From an uncultured Kiritimatiellota bacterium (GTDB lineage Bacteria; Verrucomicrobiota; Kiritimatiellia; RFP12; DVOR01), in the NCBI GenBank assembly GCA_944391085.1, contig CALXSE010000002.1, positions 81,929 through 145,928 on the forward strand: a DNA stretch of 64,000 bases. Direction: 5' to 3'. Made by a program: the position numbers and the translations under genes. Each line of letters starts with the position of its first letter. The stretch's first letter is position 1. Below, one piece after another: positions 55,939-64,000 of the stretch. The notes beneath the pieces were generated by a model. That model worked only from the letters and a program-made list of their open reading frames with translations. It was not told the DNA's origin and did not search any database.

Positions 55939-56663
55939 CGGTGAAGACCGATTTGCTGGGGTGGCTGCTGAACGCCCAGGTCGCGCTCGCGTTGCTCGGG
56001 GTGATCGTGCCCAAGCGTCTGGGGCGCTGGATATGGGGGGCGGTTCTGCCGATGGGCATGGCGGCGATCGCGGTGCGTTGGGGGGCGGTGGGGCACCCGC
56101 CCATGCGCAACCTCTTCGAGGCGTTTCTCTGGCTGCCGGCGATCTTGTCCGTGGCCACGTTGCTGACGCGGTGGCGCGACGGGATTTGGACGGTGCGTCT
56201 GGACGCGCTGCTGGGGTTTGTCGTGGCCTTCCCGCTGGCGTTCGTCTTCTCCGCCGAGGAAGGGAGATTGCCGCCGGCCTTGCAAAGCCCGCTTTTTGTG
56301 CCGCACGTCTTGGGGTATATGCTCGCCTACGCCTTTCTGGCGCGGGCATTCGCGCTGGAGTGCGCGGGCCGTACGGACGCCGCGCGGCGAAGCTTCGCGT
56401 GGGGGTTCTTCCTGATGACGCTGGCCCTGGCGCTCGGCTCGGTGTGGGGCAACGAGGCATGGGGCGCCTATTGGCAGTGGGATCCGAAGGAGCAGTGGTC
56501 GCTCGCCACCTGGCTGGCCTACGCCGCGTTATGGCATGTGCGGGGCTCGCGTCCGTGGCGTTTGACGCTGCTCGGGGTGGGCCTGCTCGCCATCGTCCTG
56601 ACGGTGACGTGGATCAACCTTTCCAAACTGTTCCCGGGGCTGCACAGCTATGCCGGCCTCTGA
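55935..56663 (+). CDS. ccsA: Cytochrome c biogenesis protein CcsA/ResC
   Basis: GHPP, PALQS...HV, WGNEAWGAYWQWDPKE (WWD domain), GLHSYA. Confidence 0.92.
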   Translation: MTVKTDLLGWLLNAQVALALLGVIVPKRLGRWIWGAVLPMGMAAIAVRWGAVGHPPMRNLFEAFLWLPAILSVATLLTRWRDGIWTVRLDALLGFVVAFPLAFVFSAEEGRLPPALQSPLFVPHVLGYMLAYAFLARAFALECAGRTDAARRSFAWGFFLMTLALALGSVWGNEAWGAYWQWDPKEQWSLATWLAYAALWHVRGSRPWRLTLLGVGLLAIVLTVTWINLSKLFPGLHSYAGL

Positions 56664-57450
56664 CCCAGCGGGACACCCCTTTGTCCAAGCGCTCGACGAG
56701 ACCATCGCCGCGCTCACCTTCCTGCGTGAGGGCGGCGTGAAGACCCTGCCTGTCGAACCCGCCACATGGCGCGCCTTAACGGCCCCCACCCCGGCCCAGG
56801 CAATGCCGCGCGTTCCCCCGCCCGCGCAAGCCGCGCATCCGCCCGCGGAGGGACGCCCAGCCGACACACCGGCGGCCCGCGAGGCCGCTCTCGCGGCGTT
56901 CAACGCCCAAATCCCGGCCTGCCGCGGATGCGAACTCGCCGCCAAGGAAGGCCGCCTGAAAGGCGTGGGGGCATGTTACAATCCCGCCGTGGCCGTCGTC
57001 AACGGCGCGCAGCTCCCCGGGGACGACCCCATCGCCATCGGCTCGCGCCTGGAGGGCGAGGCCGGGGCGCTTCTCGACAAAATGTTCGGCGCCATCGGCC
57101 TGTCCCGCACGTCGCTTTATGTCACCCCCGCGCTCAAGTGCCCTGCCGCTGGGCGCCCCACGGCCGCGGCCCTGCGCGCCTGCGCGGCCCATCTGCGCGC
57201 CGAGCTGACGCTGGTCAACCCCCGCGCCATCGTCCTGCTCGGCCCGGTCGCCGCACGGACGCTCCACCCCACGGGCGTGGCCGCGACGGGCAAGGTGGGG
57301 CAATGGAGCCTGCTGGGGCGGATCCCCACCATCACCCTTCACCATCCCATGCGCCTGATCCTGGCCGGGAAGAGCCTGGCCGACCCCCTGAAACGGGAAA
57401 ACTGGGCGGCCCTCAAGGCCCTTCAGGCGCGTTTGCGAAACGCCCTCTGA
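56650..57450 (+). CDS. Uracil-DNA glycosylase family 4-like protein (diverged)
   Basis: CRGC, GALLDKM, LKCP, C..HL, PRAIVLLG, HHP. Confidence 0.75.
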   Translation: MPASDPAGHPFVQALDETIAALTFLREGGVKTLPVEPATWRALTAPTPAQAMPRVPPPAQAAHPPAEGRPADTPAAREAALAAFNAQIPACRGCELAAKEGRLKGVGACYNPAVAVVNGAQLPGDDPIAIGSRLEGEAGALLDKMFGAIGLSRTSLYVTPALKCPAAGRPTAAALRACAAHLRAELTLVNPRAIVLLGPVAARTLHPTGVAATGKVGQWSLLGRIPTITLHHPMRLILAGKSLADPLKRENWAALKALQARLRNAL

Positions 57451-57454
57451 CGAC

Positions 57455-58756
57455 ATGTCCAAACTCATCATCCGCGGCGGCAAACCCCTTTCCGGCCACC
57501 ATGTGGTGCCCGGGAACAAGAACGCCGCCCTGCCCATGCTCGCCGCCACCCTGCTGGCCGACGCGCCCGTCACCCTCACCAACCTCCCCGACATCGCCGA
57601 CGTCCGCGTCATGGCCGAAGGCCTGAAGGCCCTGGGCGCGAAAGTCTCCGGCTCGTTGGCCGAGCATACGCTGACCATCGATGCCCGGCGGCTCCGTGCG
57701 GACCCAATTCTCCCGGCGGAGATTTGCACGCGCATCCGCACCTCGTTTCTCTTTGTCGGGCCGATGGTGGCGCGCAGGGGCCGCCTGCGCCTGCGCGGCG
57801 CGCCGGGCGGAGACAGCATTGGGCGGCGACGGCTGGACACCCATGTGGACGGCTTGGCGGCGCTCGGGGCGAAGGTGACGGTTCGCAAGACCGGCTCGGC
57901 CGCCGCGACCGCGCCGAAGGGCGGCCTCGCCGGTACGGACTTCATGCTCGACGAGGCCTCCGTGATGGCCACCGAAAACCTCGTCATGGCCGCCGTGCTC
58001 GCCAAGGGGAGAACCCAACTTTACAACACCGCCTGCGAACCCCACGTGCAGAACCTATGCCGGATGCTCGTCGAGATGGGCGCGAAGATCGAGGGCATCG
58101 GCACGAATCGCCTGACCATCGAGGGCGTCCAGCGCCTGGGCGGCGGCACCTTCCGCGTCTGCGGCGACGCCATCGAGGCGGCTTCCTACCTCATCGCGGC
58201 GGCGGCCACGCGCGGCTCGCTCACACTCGAAGGCGTCTCTCAGGACGACATGGCGGTGCTCCGGCCGGCCTTCCGCAAGTTCGGCGTCCGCTGGACGTGG
58301 GAAGGCGAGAATCTCCTCCGCCTGCCGCCGCGCCAACGCCTCCGCACGGCCTATGACCTGGGGGCGGCCATCCCGAAAATCGAGGACGGGCCGTGGCCGA
58401 TGACCCCCTCGGATCTGCTCAGCCCGCTCATCGTCCTGGCCACGCAGACCAGGGGCACGGAGCTCTTCTTTGAGAAGATGTTCGAGAGCCGCCTTTACTT
58501 CGTCGACCATCTCATCGGCATGGGCGCGAAGATCGTCCAGTGCGACCCGCACCGCGCCGTCGTCACCGGCCCCACCGCGCTTCAGGGCGCGACGGTCTCG
58601 AGCCCGGACATCCGCGCCGGCATGGCGCTCATCATCGCGGCCCTCTGCGCCAAGGGCCGCACCGTCATCCACAACGCCGAATCCATCGACCGCGGCTACG
58701 AGGCCATCGAGGCCAACCTGCGGGCCCTGGGCGCCGACATCGTCCGCGAACCCTGA
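57455..58756 (+). CDS. murA: UDP-N-acetylglucosamine 1-carboxyvinyltransferase
   Basis: GNKNAALP, PGGDSIGRR, SVMATEN, EPHV, FESR, PDIRAG, IDRGY. Confidence 0.95.
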   Translation: MSKLIIRGGKPLSGHHVVPGNKNAALPMLAATLLADAPVTLTNLPDIADVRVMAEGLKALGAKVSGSLAEHTLTIDARRLRADPILPAEICTRIRTSFLFVGPMVARRGRLRLRGAPGGDSIGRRRLDTHVDGLAALGAKVTVRKTGSAAATAPKGGLAGTDFMLDEASVMATENLVMAAVLAKGRTQLYNTACEPHVQNLCRMLVEMGAKIEGIGTNRLTIEGVQRLGGGTFRVCGDAIEAASYLIAAAATRGSLTLEGVSQDDMAVLRPAFRKFGVRWTWEGENLLRLPPRQRLRTAYDLGAAIPKIEDGPWPMTPSDLLSPLIVLATQTRGTELFFEKMFESRLYFVDHLIGMGAKIVQCDPHRAVVTGPTALQGATVSSPDIRAGMALIIAALCAKGRTVIHNAESIDRGYEAIEANLRALGADIVREP

Positions 58757-58772
58757 TCGGAACGAGGGAAAC

Positions 58773-58805
58773 AAAAACGGGGGCGGCCGGTCGGCCGCCC
58801 CCGTT
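58773..58805 (-). terminator. Intrinsic terminator of the P-type ATPase gene (possibly bidirectional)
   Basis: aacgggggcggccg/cggccgcccccgtt hairpin with a U tract on the minus strand. Confidence 0.7.
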
Positions 58806-58809
58806 CCGC

Positions 58810-61404
58810 TCAAGCGCGCGTTCGCGGCAAAAGCGCCGCCAGGATGGGCACGCACGCCGCCACAAGGAGGATGCGCCCCCACGTCTCCGCACCAAGCGCC
58901 ACGGTGCCGAAGGCGCCGCCGCCGTAGGTGACGATGACCCACTGAAGCGCGGCGGCGATGAGCAGGGCGCACAGGAGCGCAGGATTGCCCAACAGCCCGC
59001 CGAAGGGATTGCCGCCCTCGGGTCGCCGCGCCGCCAGGGCGTTGGCGAGCTGACAGAAGACAAAGAGCGTGAAGACCGCCGTGCTCAAGGCCGCCGCGCT
59101 GCCGGCATCCGCAACGCCCAGAAAGTCCACCACGCCCTTGAGCTGCAACAGGCAGACCGCCGCGATGAGCCCGCCGATGAGGCCCATGCGCATCACCATG
59201 CCCCGGCTGACGAGCGGCGCGTCACGCCGGATCGGCTTGCGGTTCAGCAGGTCGTCGCTCATCCGTTCAAGGCCCAGGCAGAGGGCGGGCGGGCCATCCA
59301 TGATGATGTTGATCCAGAGCAGCTCAAGCGGCGAGAAGGGCGGCGGCTCATCCAGGATCACGGCCACGAGCACCACCAGCACGGCCGAGACATTGACGGT
59401 GAGCTGGAAGAGGATGAAGCGCTTGAAGTTGTCCGTGATGCCGCGCCCCCAGCGGATGGCGCGCACGATGGTGGCGAAGGCGTCGTCGAGCAGGAGGATG
59501 TCGCACGCCTCCTTCGTCACCTCGGTGCCGGTGATGCCCATGGCCACGCCCACGTCGGCCTCCTTGATGGCCGGGGCGTCGTTGATGCCGTCGCCCGTCA
59601 CGGCGACGGATTCACCCTGCGCCTTGAGCGTGCGCACCACGCGGAGCTTCACCGAAGGCGTCGAACGGGCGATGACGCGCACCGTCTTCAGCGCCTCGGC
59701 GAAGGCCGCGTCGTCCAGCGTCTCGAGTTCGGCGGCGGTGACGGCGCGGTGGCCGCCTTCAAGCATCCCCAGCGAGCGGGCGATGGCGGTGGCGGTGATG
59801 AGGTTGTCGCCCGTGAGCATCATGACGGAGATGCCCGCCGTGCGGCAGGCGTCGATGGCCGGCGGCACGTCTTCGCGCACCGGGTCGGCGATGGCCGCGA
59901 AGCCGTCATAGACGAACGGCCCCTCTCCCTCGGCATGGGCAAAGGCCAGCACGCGGCAGGCCTGTTCCTGCCAGGAGGCCATCGCGGCCTCCGCCGCGCC
60001 CCTGGCCTCCCCGGCGAGTCCGCAGGCGGCAAGGACGGCCTCGGGGCTGCCCTTCATGAGCCTGAGGGCCCGTGCGCCGCCAAGGGTGGTGACCATGCGC
60101 TTGGTGTCCGAGGAGAAGGGCTCGACGGCGACGATGTCCGCCTCCGCGCGGAGTTTGGCAGGGTCATGCCCCACCTTTGCCGCGGCCACGAGCAGGGCGC
60201 CCTCGGTGGGATTGCCAACGAAGCCCTTGCCGCCCGAGGCAAGATCCGCGGTGGCGTTGACGCACATGTTCACAAGCAAATCGCCCTTCGGTTCGGTGCG
60301 CTCGCCGTCCGGGCCGACGAGGGCGATGAGGGTCATGCGGTTCTCCGTCAGCGTGCCGGTCTTGTCCGAGCAGATGAAGGTGACGCAGCCGATGGTCTCG
60401 CACGCGATGAGCTTCTTGACGAGCGCGTTCTGCTTGGCCATCTTGAGCACATTGATGGCCAGCGACATCGCCACGATCGTCGGCAACCCTTCGGGCACGC
60501 ACGCCACGATGAGGACGATGGCGGAAATGAAGGCCTCGCCCACCGCAGTCCACGTGATCGCGCCGTGATGGAACCAGTCTTGCCCCAACTGTACCGCGAA
60601 GACGAGCACCGCCGCCAGGATGCCCGCGAGCGTCACCCACTTACCGAGCCGCGTCAGGCGCTCCTGAAGCGGCGTTTTGCCCGTGTTCTGATCCGCCAGC
60701 GCCGCGGCGATGCGGCCAAACTCCGTGTGCATCCCCACGGCGGTGACGACCATCAGGCCCGTGCCCGCGGTGACGTAGCTGCCCGCGTAAAGCATCGTCG
60801 GGCGCTCAGCCACCGGCGCGGTCTCGGCTACCTTGGCCTCCGCGTGCTTCTCGACGGGGGCGGATTCGCCCGTGAGGGCCGATTCATCGGCCACCAGGCC
60901 GCTGGACTCGATGAGCCGCCCGTCGGCCGTCAGCTTGTCGCCCGTGCCGACGAACATCACATCGCCCACCACCAGCTCGGACTGCGGGATACGGAGGCTC
61001 TTGCCGTCGCGCAGCACACGCGGGCGGACATCCGCGCCCATCCCGCGCAACGCCTCAAAGGCCTTGGCGCTACGCCCCTCCATCCCCACCGAGATACCCA
61101 CCGAGAGCAGGATGGCCAACGCCACGCCCACACATTCGGCAAACTCCGTGTGGCCGTCCGTGAGCAGATGCGCCACGTTCACGCCAACCATGATGAGGAG
61201 CGCCAGCACCAGGAGCAAAATCATCGGCTCCTTGAACGCCTCGACGATCCGCTCCAGCCACCCAATCTGCCGTGGCCGCGCCAATTCGTTCGCGCCGTGC
61301 GCCTGCCGGCTCGCCTGCACGGCTTCTTCGCCAAGCCCCCGATGCCTGTCTGCGCCGAGCTGCCGGAGCACCTCTTCCGCGGGGGTTGTGTATGCCTTGT
61401 CCAT
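58810..61404 (-). CDS. P2-type cation-transporting ATPase (Ca2+/Mn2+; YoaB-like)
   Basis: LTGES, PEGL, DKTGTLT, KGSPE, TGDN, GDGINDAPA, LWINIIMDG. Confidence 0.93.
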   Translation of the reverse strand: MDKAYTTPAEEVLRQLGADRHRGLGEEAVQASRQAHGANELARPRQIGWLERIVEAFKEPMILLLVLALLIMVGVNVAHLLTDGHTEFAECVGVALAILLSVGISVGMEGRSAKAFEALRGMGADVRPRVLRDGKSLRIPQSELVVGDVMFVGTGDKLTADGRLIESSGLVADESALTGESAPVEKHAEAKVAETAPVAERPTMLYAGSYVTAGTGLMVVTAVGMHTEFGRIAAALADQNTGKTPLQERLTRLGKWVTLAGILAAVLVFAVQLGQDWFHHGAITWTAVGEAFISAIVLIVACVPEGLPTIVAMSLAINVLKMAKQNALVKKLIACETIGCVTFICSDKTGTLTENRMTLIALVGPDGERTEPKGDLLVNMCVNATADLASGGKGFVGNPTEGALLVAAAKVGHDPAKLRAEADIVAVEPFSSDTKRMVTTLGGARALRLMKGSPEAVLAACGLAGEARGAAEAAMASWQEQACRVLAFAHAEGEGPFVYDGFAAIADPVREDVPPAIDACRTAGISVMMLTGDNLITATAIARSLGMLEGGHRAVTAAELETLDDAAFAEALKTVRVIARSTPSVKLRVVRTLKAQGESVAVTGDGINDAPAIKEADVGVAMGITGTEVTKEACDILLLDDAFATIVRAIRWGRGITDNFKRFILFQLTVNVSAVLVVLVAVILDEPPPFSPLELLWINIIMDGPPALCLGLERMSDDLLNRKPIRRDAPLVSRGMVMRMGLIGGLIAAVCLLQLKGVVDFLGVADAGSAAALSTAVFTLFVFCQLANALAARRPEGGNPFGGLLGNPALLCALLIAAALQWVIVTYGGGAFGTVALGAETWGRILLVAACVPILAALLPRTRA

Positions 61405-61432
61405 CTCTCTCTCCGCTTGGTGGGTTCACCAC

Positions 61433-61466
61433 AAACAAAAGCCCGCGGCCACCGGCCACGGGCTTT
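61433..61466 (-). terminator. Riboswitch expression-platform terminator
   Basis: aaagcccguggcc/ggccgcgggcuuu hairpin followed by uguuu, between the aptamer and the ATPase start. Confidence 0.75.
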
Positions 61467-61504
61467 GCTTTCGGAGACAAAAGACCCGTGCGCGGCGGCG
61501 TGCC

Positions 61505-61596
61505 GCACATGAGTCTCGCCATTTCAGGCAGGCCAGGCGTTCCCGCCGAGACTGTTGGCCTGCCGCGCATCCCTGCGCCGGCTACTCCCTCAATGC
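61505..61596 (-). ncRNA. yybP-ykoY manganese riboswitch
   Basis: UGAGGGAGUAGC...GCAGGCCAACAG...CCUGGCCUGC...GGCGAGACUCA matches the family hallmarks; upstream of a P-type ATPase; -10 TGGTATAGT at 61604-61612. Confidence 0.85.
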
Positions 61597-61693
61597 GCCG
61601 TGTACTATACCAAATCCAATCCCAAAAGGGAAGCCCAGCCCAAGGGCAATCGAAAAAGGCTGGCCTTGTGGGAAAAGTTTCGTTGTCGCCCGG

Positions 61694-63679
61694 TCAAAGC
61701 TCTGGAATGCCTAAAGAGCGAAGATAGTCATATGTCCCATTGTAGTAGCGTGGGTGACGTGTTTGGTCGGCGGACGATCCTTTTGGAAGAAACAAGACCA
61801 TCCCCTGCCGAGCCCTGGTCAAAAGTACGCGGTAAGCGTTCTTGCGATAGCGGAAGTGTTCCACGCCATCGTGCTTAATCCATTTATTGCCACGAAATTG
61901 GCAGGACTTCCAGGCACCTGCGTGATAACGAAAGTCCGCATCCCAGGCAACAAGCGCAAAATCAAGTTCAAGTCCCTGAACATCGAATTCCGTCGCCACA
62001 TCTTCGAGCTGATGGCTTGAACGGACATCCCCGCTGGGATTGAGAAACCAATTCGCCACATTGATTTCATTTTTGACGAAAAGGCCCTCGGCTTTTAGGC
62101 GCAATGCGCCACTACTTGCCAACACACCACAACGTATGGTTCCACGACAACGTTCGCGAAGCCAATTTTTGGCAACTGAGAGGTCGCGCGTGATGACGAT
62201 TGGATAAAGGGAGGCGATTTCACGCCAATAGTACCTCGCGACCGTGACATCGAGGGTGAGGAGCGCATCGACGAATGCTGCAAGTTTCGGGGTTCGAAAC
62301 GAACGAACTGATGTCGCTAAATGCAAGGAGGCAAGCTCCGTGACACAAAGGCCGCCAAGAAGTTCTTCCCTCGTGAGATTACGCGTATAAACCTCATCAT
62401 TGATTTGCGGGGAAATATAGACATGCCAATCCGGGAATGAACGACGGAGCGCCTCAAACCACTCTGGCAACCCCGCCTCGCCATCATTGATCTCTTGCCC
62501 GCCACCGACAAGACAAACAACGACCGCCCAATCTTCATGGCGGGACATCGTCTGAATGAGAAACTCTGGCTCGCTATAAGTAAAGTCTGAAATACCTTTC
62601 TTGGTCCGCATGAACTTCGCAATCTGGGCATGCGTCCAGGCGCGTTGGGCCTCATCAAAAATGACGACATGTTCCGGGGGAGGTTGTGCATCTTTGAGAT
62701 AGGCGTCCCGATATTTATGGATGATCTGAATAAATGCAGAGACTCGCCTCAAAATATCCTTTTTATTGGCTTTGCCCCCTTCTTCTTTAAGCTGTATCAG
62801 CTTATCACGCACGAGCGCCTCTTGCAAAACAGTCACAAGCGGATAATTCCCAGAGAGGAAAGCCGCCGGCTCGCGCTCATCAGGACGAGCATGTTGGATG
62901 GCCAAATTGAGGCCAACAAGCGTCTTCCCCGCACCAGGAACCCCTGTCACGAAACAAATGGCTTTTTCACGCCGCTCTCGGCTTCTGGCGATTATTTCAT
63001 TGATGGCTGTCGTTGTTTTGGTCAGATTCTCTGCGCCTGCATCACTGCGCGTGATCTCCTCCACACCATGTCCAAGGTAAAGCGCCTGAGCAGCCTCCAC
63101 GATCGTCGGCGTTGGGCAGTACTCCCCATTTTCCCATCGCACATAGTCAAAAGGGGCTTCCGAGGAAAAGGCATCGCAAACGCTTTCAATTGATCGGGCG
63201 ATCGTTTGTGCATTGCAACCAATAGGCTCCAAGACATTCTCTAGGCGATGAAGGACAAACCGTTGCTCCATCGCCCGCGTTGGCACCATTATCGGCACAA
63301 TCAACTTGTCATGGCTTTCTTTCTGGAAACAATGCAAATCAAGGGCATAATCATAGACCTGATCAAACGTTGAGGACGAATACGAATCGTCCCCACACTT
63401 GAACTCCAACAAGAAAATAATATTCCTATACAATAAGACAACATCTACCCGCTTCCCACGGCGAGGAATAACATACTCGAAAAGGATACGACCGTCTCTG
63501 GAGGAAAGCTCCAAAAGAGCAGTCTGAAGAATGTTAATTTCGTCTTTCCAAGCGGATTGCTGTTGAACCGTTACTTCTGCATTAGTGCTATTTCCACAGA
63601 TCTCACCGAATATTGCTACAGGATCTTGCCCCAAGAACACTTCTAACGGCGCAGAGTAATAACACCTCAGATTCTTCAT
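61694..63679 (-). CDS. DUF2075 family protein (N-terminal PD-(D/E)XK-like domain plus Schlafen group 3-like helicase/ATPase)
   Basis: KRVDVVLL...LLEFK; GVPGAGKT; IFDEAQR; QGLELD; NAYRVLLTRARQG; visibly lower GC than the flanks; SD GAGGGG. Confidence 0.85.
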   Translation of the reverse strand: MKNLRCYYSAPLEVFLGQDPVAIFGEICGNSTNAEVTVQQQSAWKDEINILQTALLELSSRDGRILFEYVIPRRGKRVDVVLLYRNIIFLLEFKCGDDSYSSSTFDQVYDYALDLHCFQKESHDKLIVPIMVPTRAMEQRFVLHRLENVLEPIGCNAQTIARSIESVCDAFSSEAPFDYVRWENGEYCPTPTIVEAAQALYLGHGVEEITRSDAGAENLTKTTTAINEIIARSRERREKAICFVTGVPGAGKTLVGLNLAIQHARPDEREPAAFLSGNYPLVTVLQEALVRDKLIQLKEEGGKANKKDILRRVSAFIQIIHKYRDAYLKDAQPPPEHVVIFDEAQRAWTHAQIAKFMRTKKGISDFTYSEPEFLIQTMSRHEDWAVVVCLVGGGQEINDGEAGLPEWFEALRRSFPDWHVYISPQINDEVYTRNLTREELLGGLCVTELASLHLATSVRSFRTPKLAAFVDALLTLDVTVARYYWREIASLYPIVITRDLSVAKNWLRERCRGTIRCGVLASSGALRLKAEGLFVKNEINVANWFLNPSGDVRSSHQLEDVATEFDVQGLELDFALVAWDADFRYHAGAWKSCQFRGNKWIKHDGVEHFRYRKNAYRVLLTRARQGMVLFLPKGSSADQTRHPRYYNGTYDYLRSLGIPEL

Positions 63680-64000
63680 GCTCCCCCTCACTTACGGCGG
63701 CAGGTCAAAATATATCACAACATGACATTCCGTTTCATAGATCCAATCTAAATATCTCCTTTCTTCGTGGTTTCCCTTGCGCCGTCGTCCAGGTGTCTCT
63801 CGGGGCGATGCCTGGGGCCGCCTCGGGGTTCCCCGGCCATGCGCATGGGCGTGCACCCTTGCCGAAGATCTGTCATCGGCCACCGGCGCAGGCTGCGCAA
63901 GGCTCGCACCAGATGGCAACGCATCCGCCAGACCTGTCATCGGCGGATAGACGCGGCAGGCCGGGGCATGCCTTTGCTTGGCGCAGCGTGCGCTTTCGGG

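Noticed and set aside
63692-63940. 82-aa ORF upstream of the DUF2075 gene
   Set aside because: Straddles the GC-content boundary, has no motif or convincing SD; probably spurious or a remnant.
1-64000. tRNA, rRNA, IS/transposase, integrase, prophage or CRISPR features
   Set aside because: None recognised; coding density leaves few intergenic gaps, and those inspected show no such signatures.

Overview
A high-GC bacterial chromosome segment, mostly housekeeping genes. Gene content and protein style suggest a PVC-superphylum anaerobe of Kiritimatiellia/Lentisphaerae type (inference). It holds about 53 CDS, including lepA, trmB, aroC, lpxD, an aconitase, pssA/psd, pgk, ftsK, an ExbB/ExbD pair, argS, kdsD, holA, scpB, hemW, metK, hisD, ruvC, ResB/ccsA, murA and a P-type ATPase. 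Exported glycan-degrading enzymes are also present: two Tat sulfatases, a GH2 beta-galactosidase and a GDSL-SASA esterase. No tRNA, rRNA, CRISPR array or transposase was seen. The main discovery is a ~225-nt non-coding leader present in two diverged copies (20514-20740 and 40033-40260, minus strand). Each lies between an extended -10 promoter and the first gene of a small surface-glycan-modification operon. The copies share a multi-stem fold with compensatory base changes and invariant internal loops, and I do not recognise them as a known RNA family, so they are a candidate novel cis-regulatory RNA. Other notable items: a yybP-ykoY (Mn2+) riboswitch, a frameshifted MerR regulator with an intact 19-bp-spacer operator upstream of a MATE pump, a 2.4-kb segment flanked by duplicated psd 5' ends that contains a pseudouridine-synthase remnant, a probable 40-aa membrane microprotein, several apparently leaderless genes, a Cys-to-Asp MurA and a low-GC DUF2075 nuclease-helicase.
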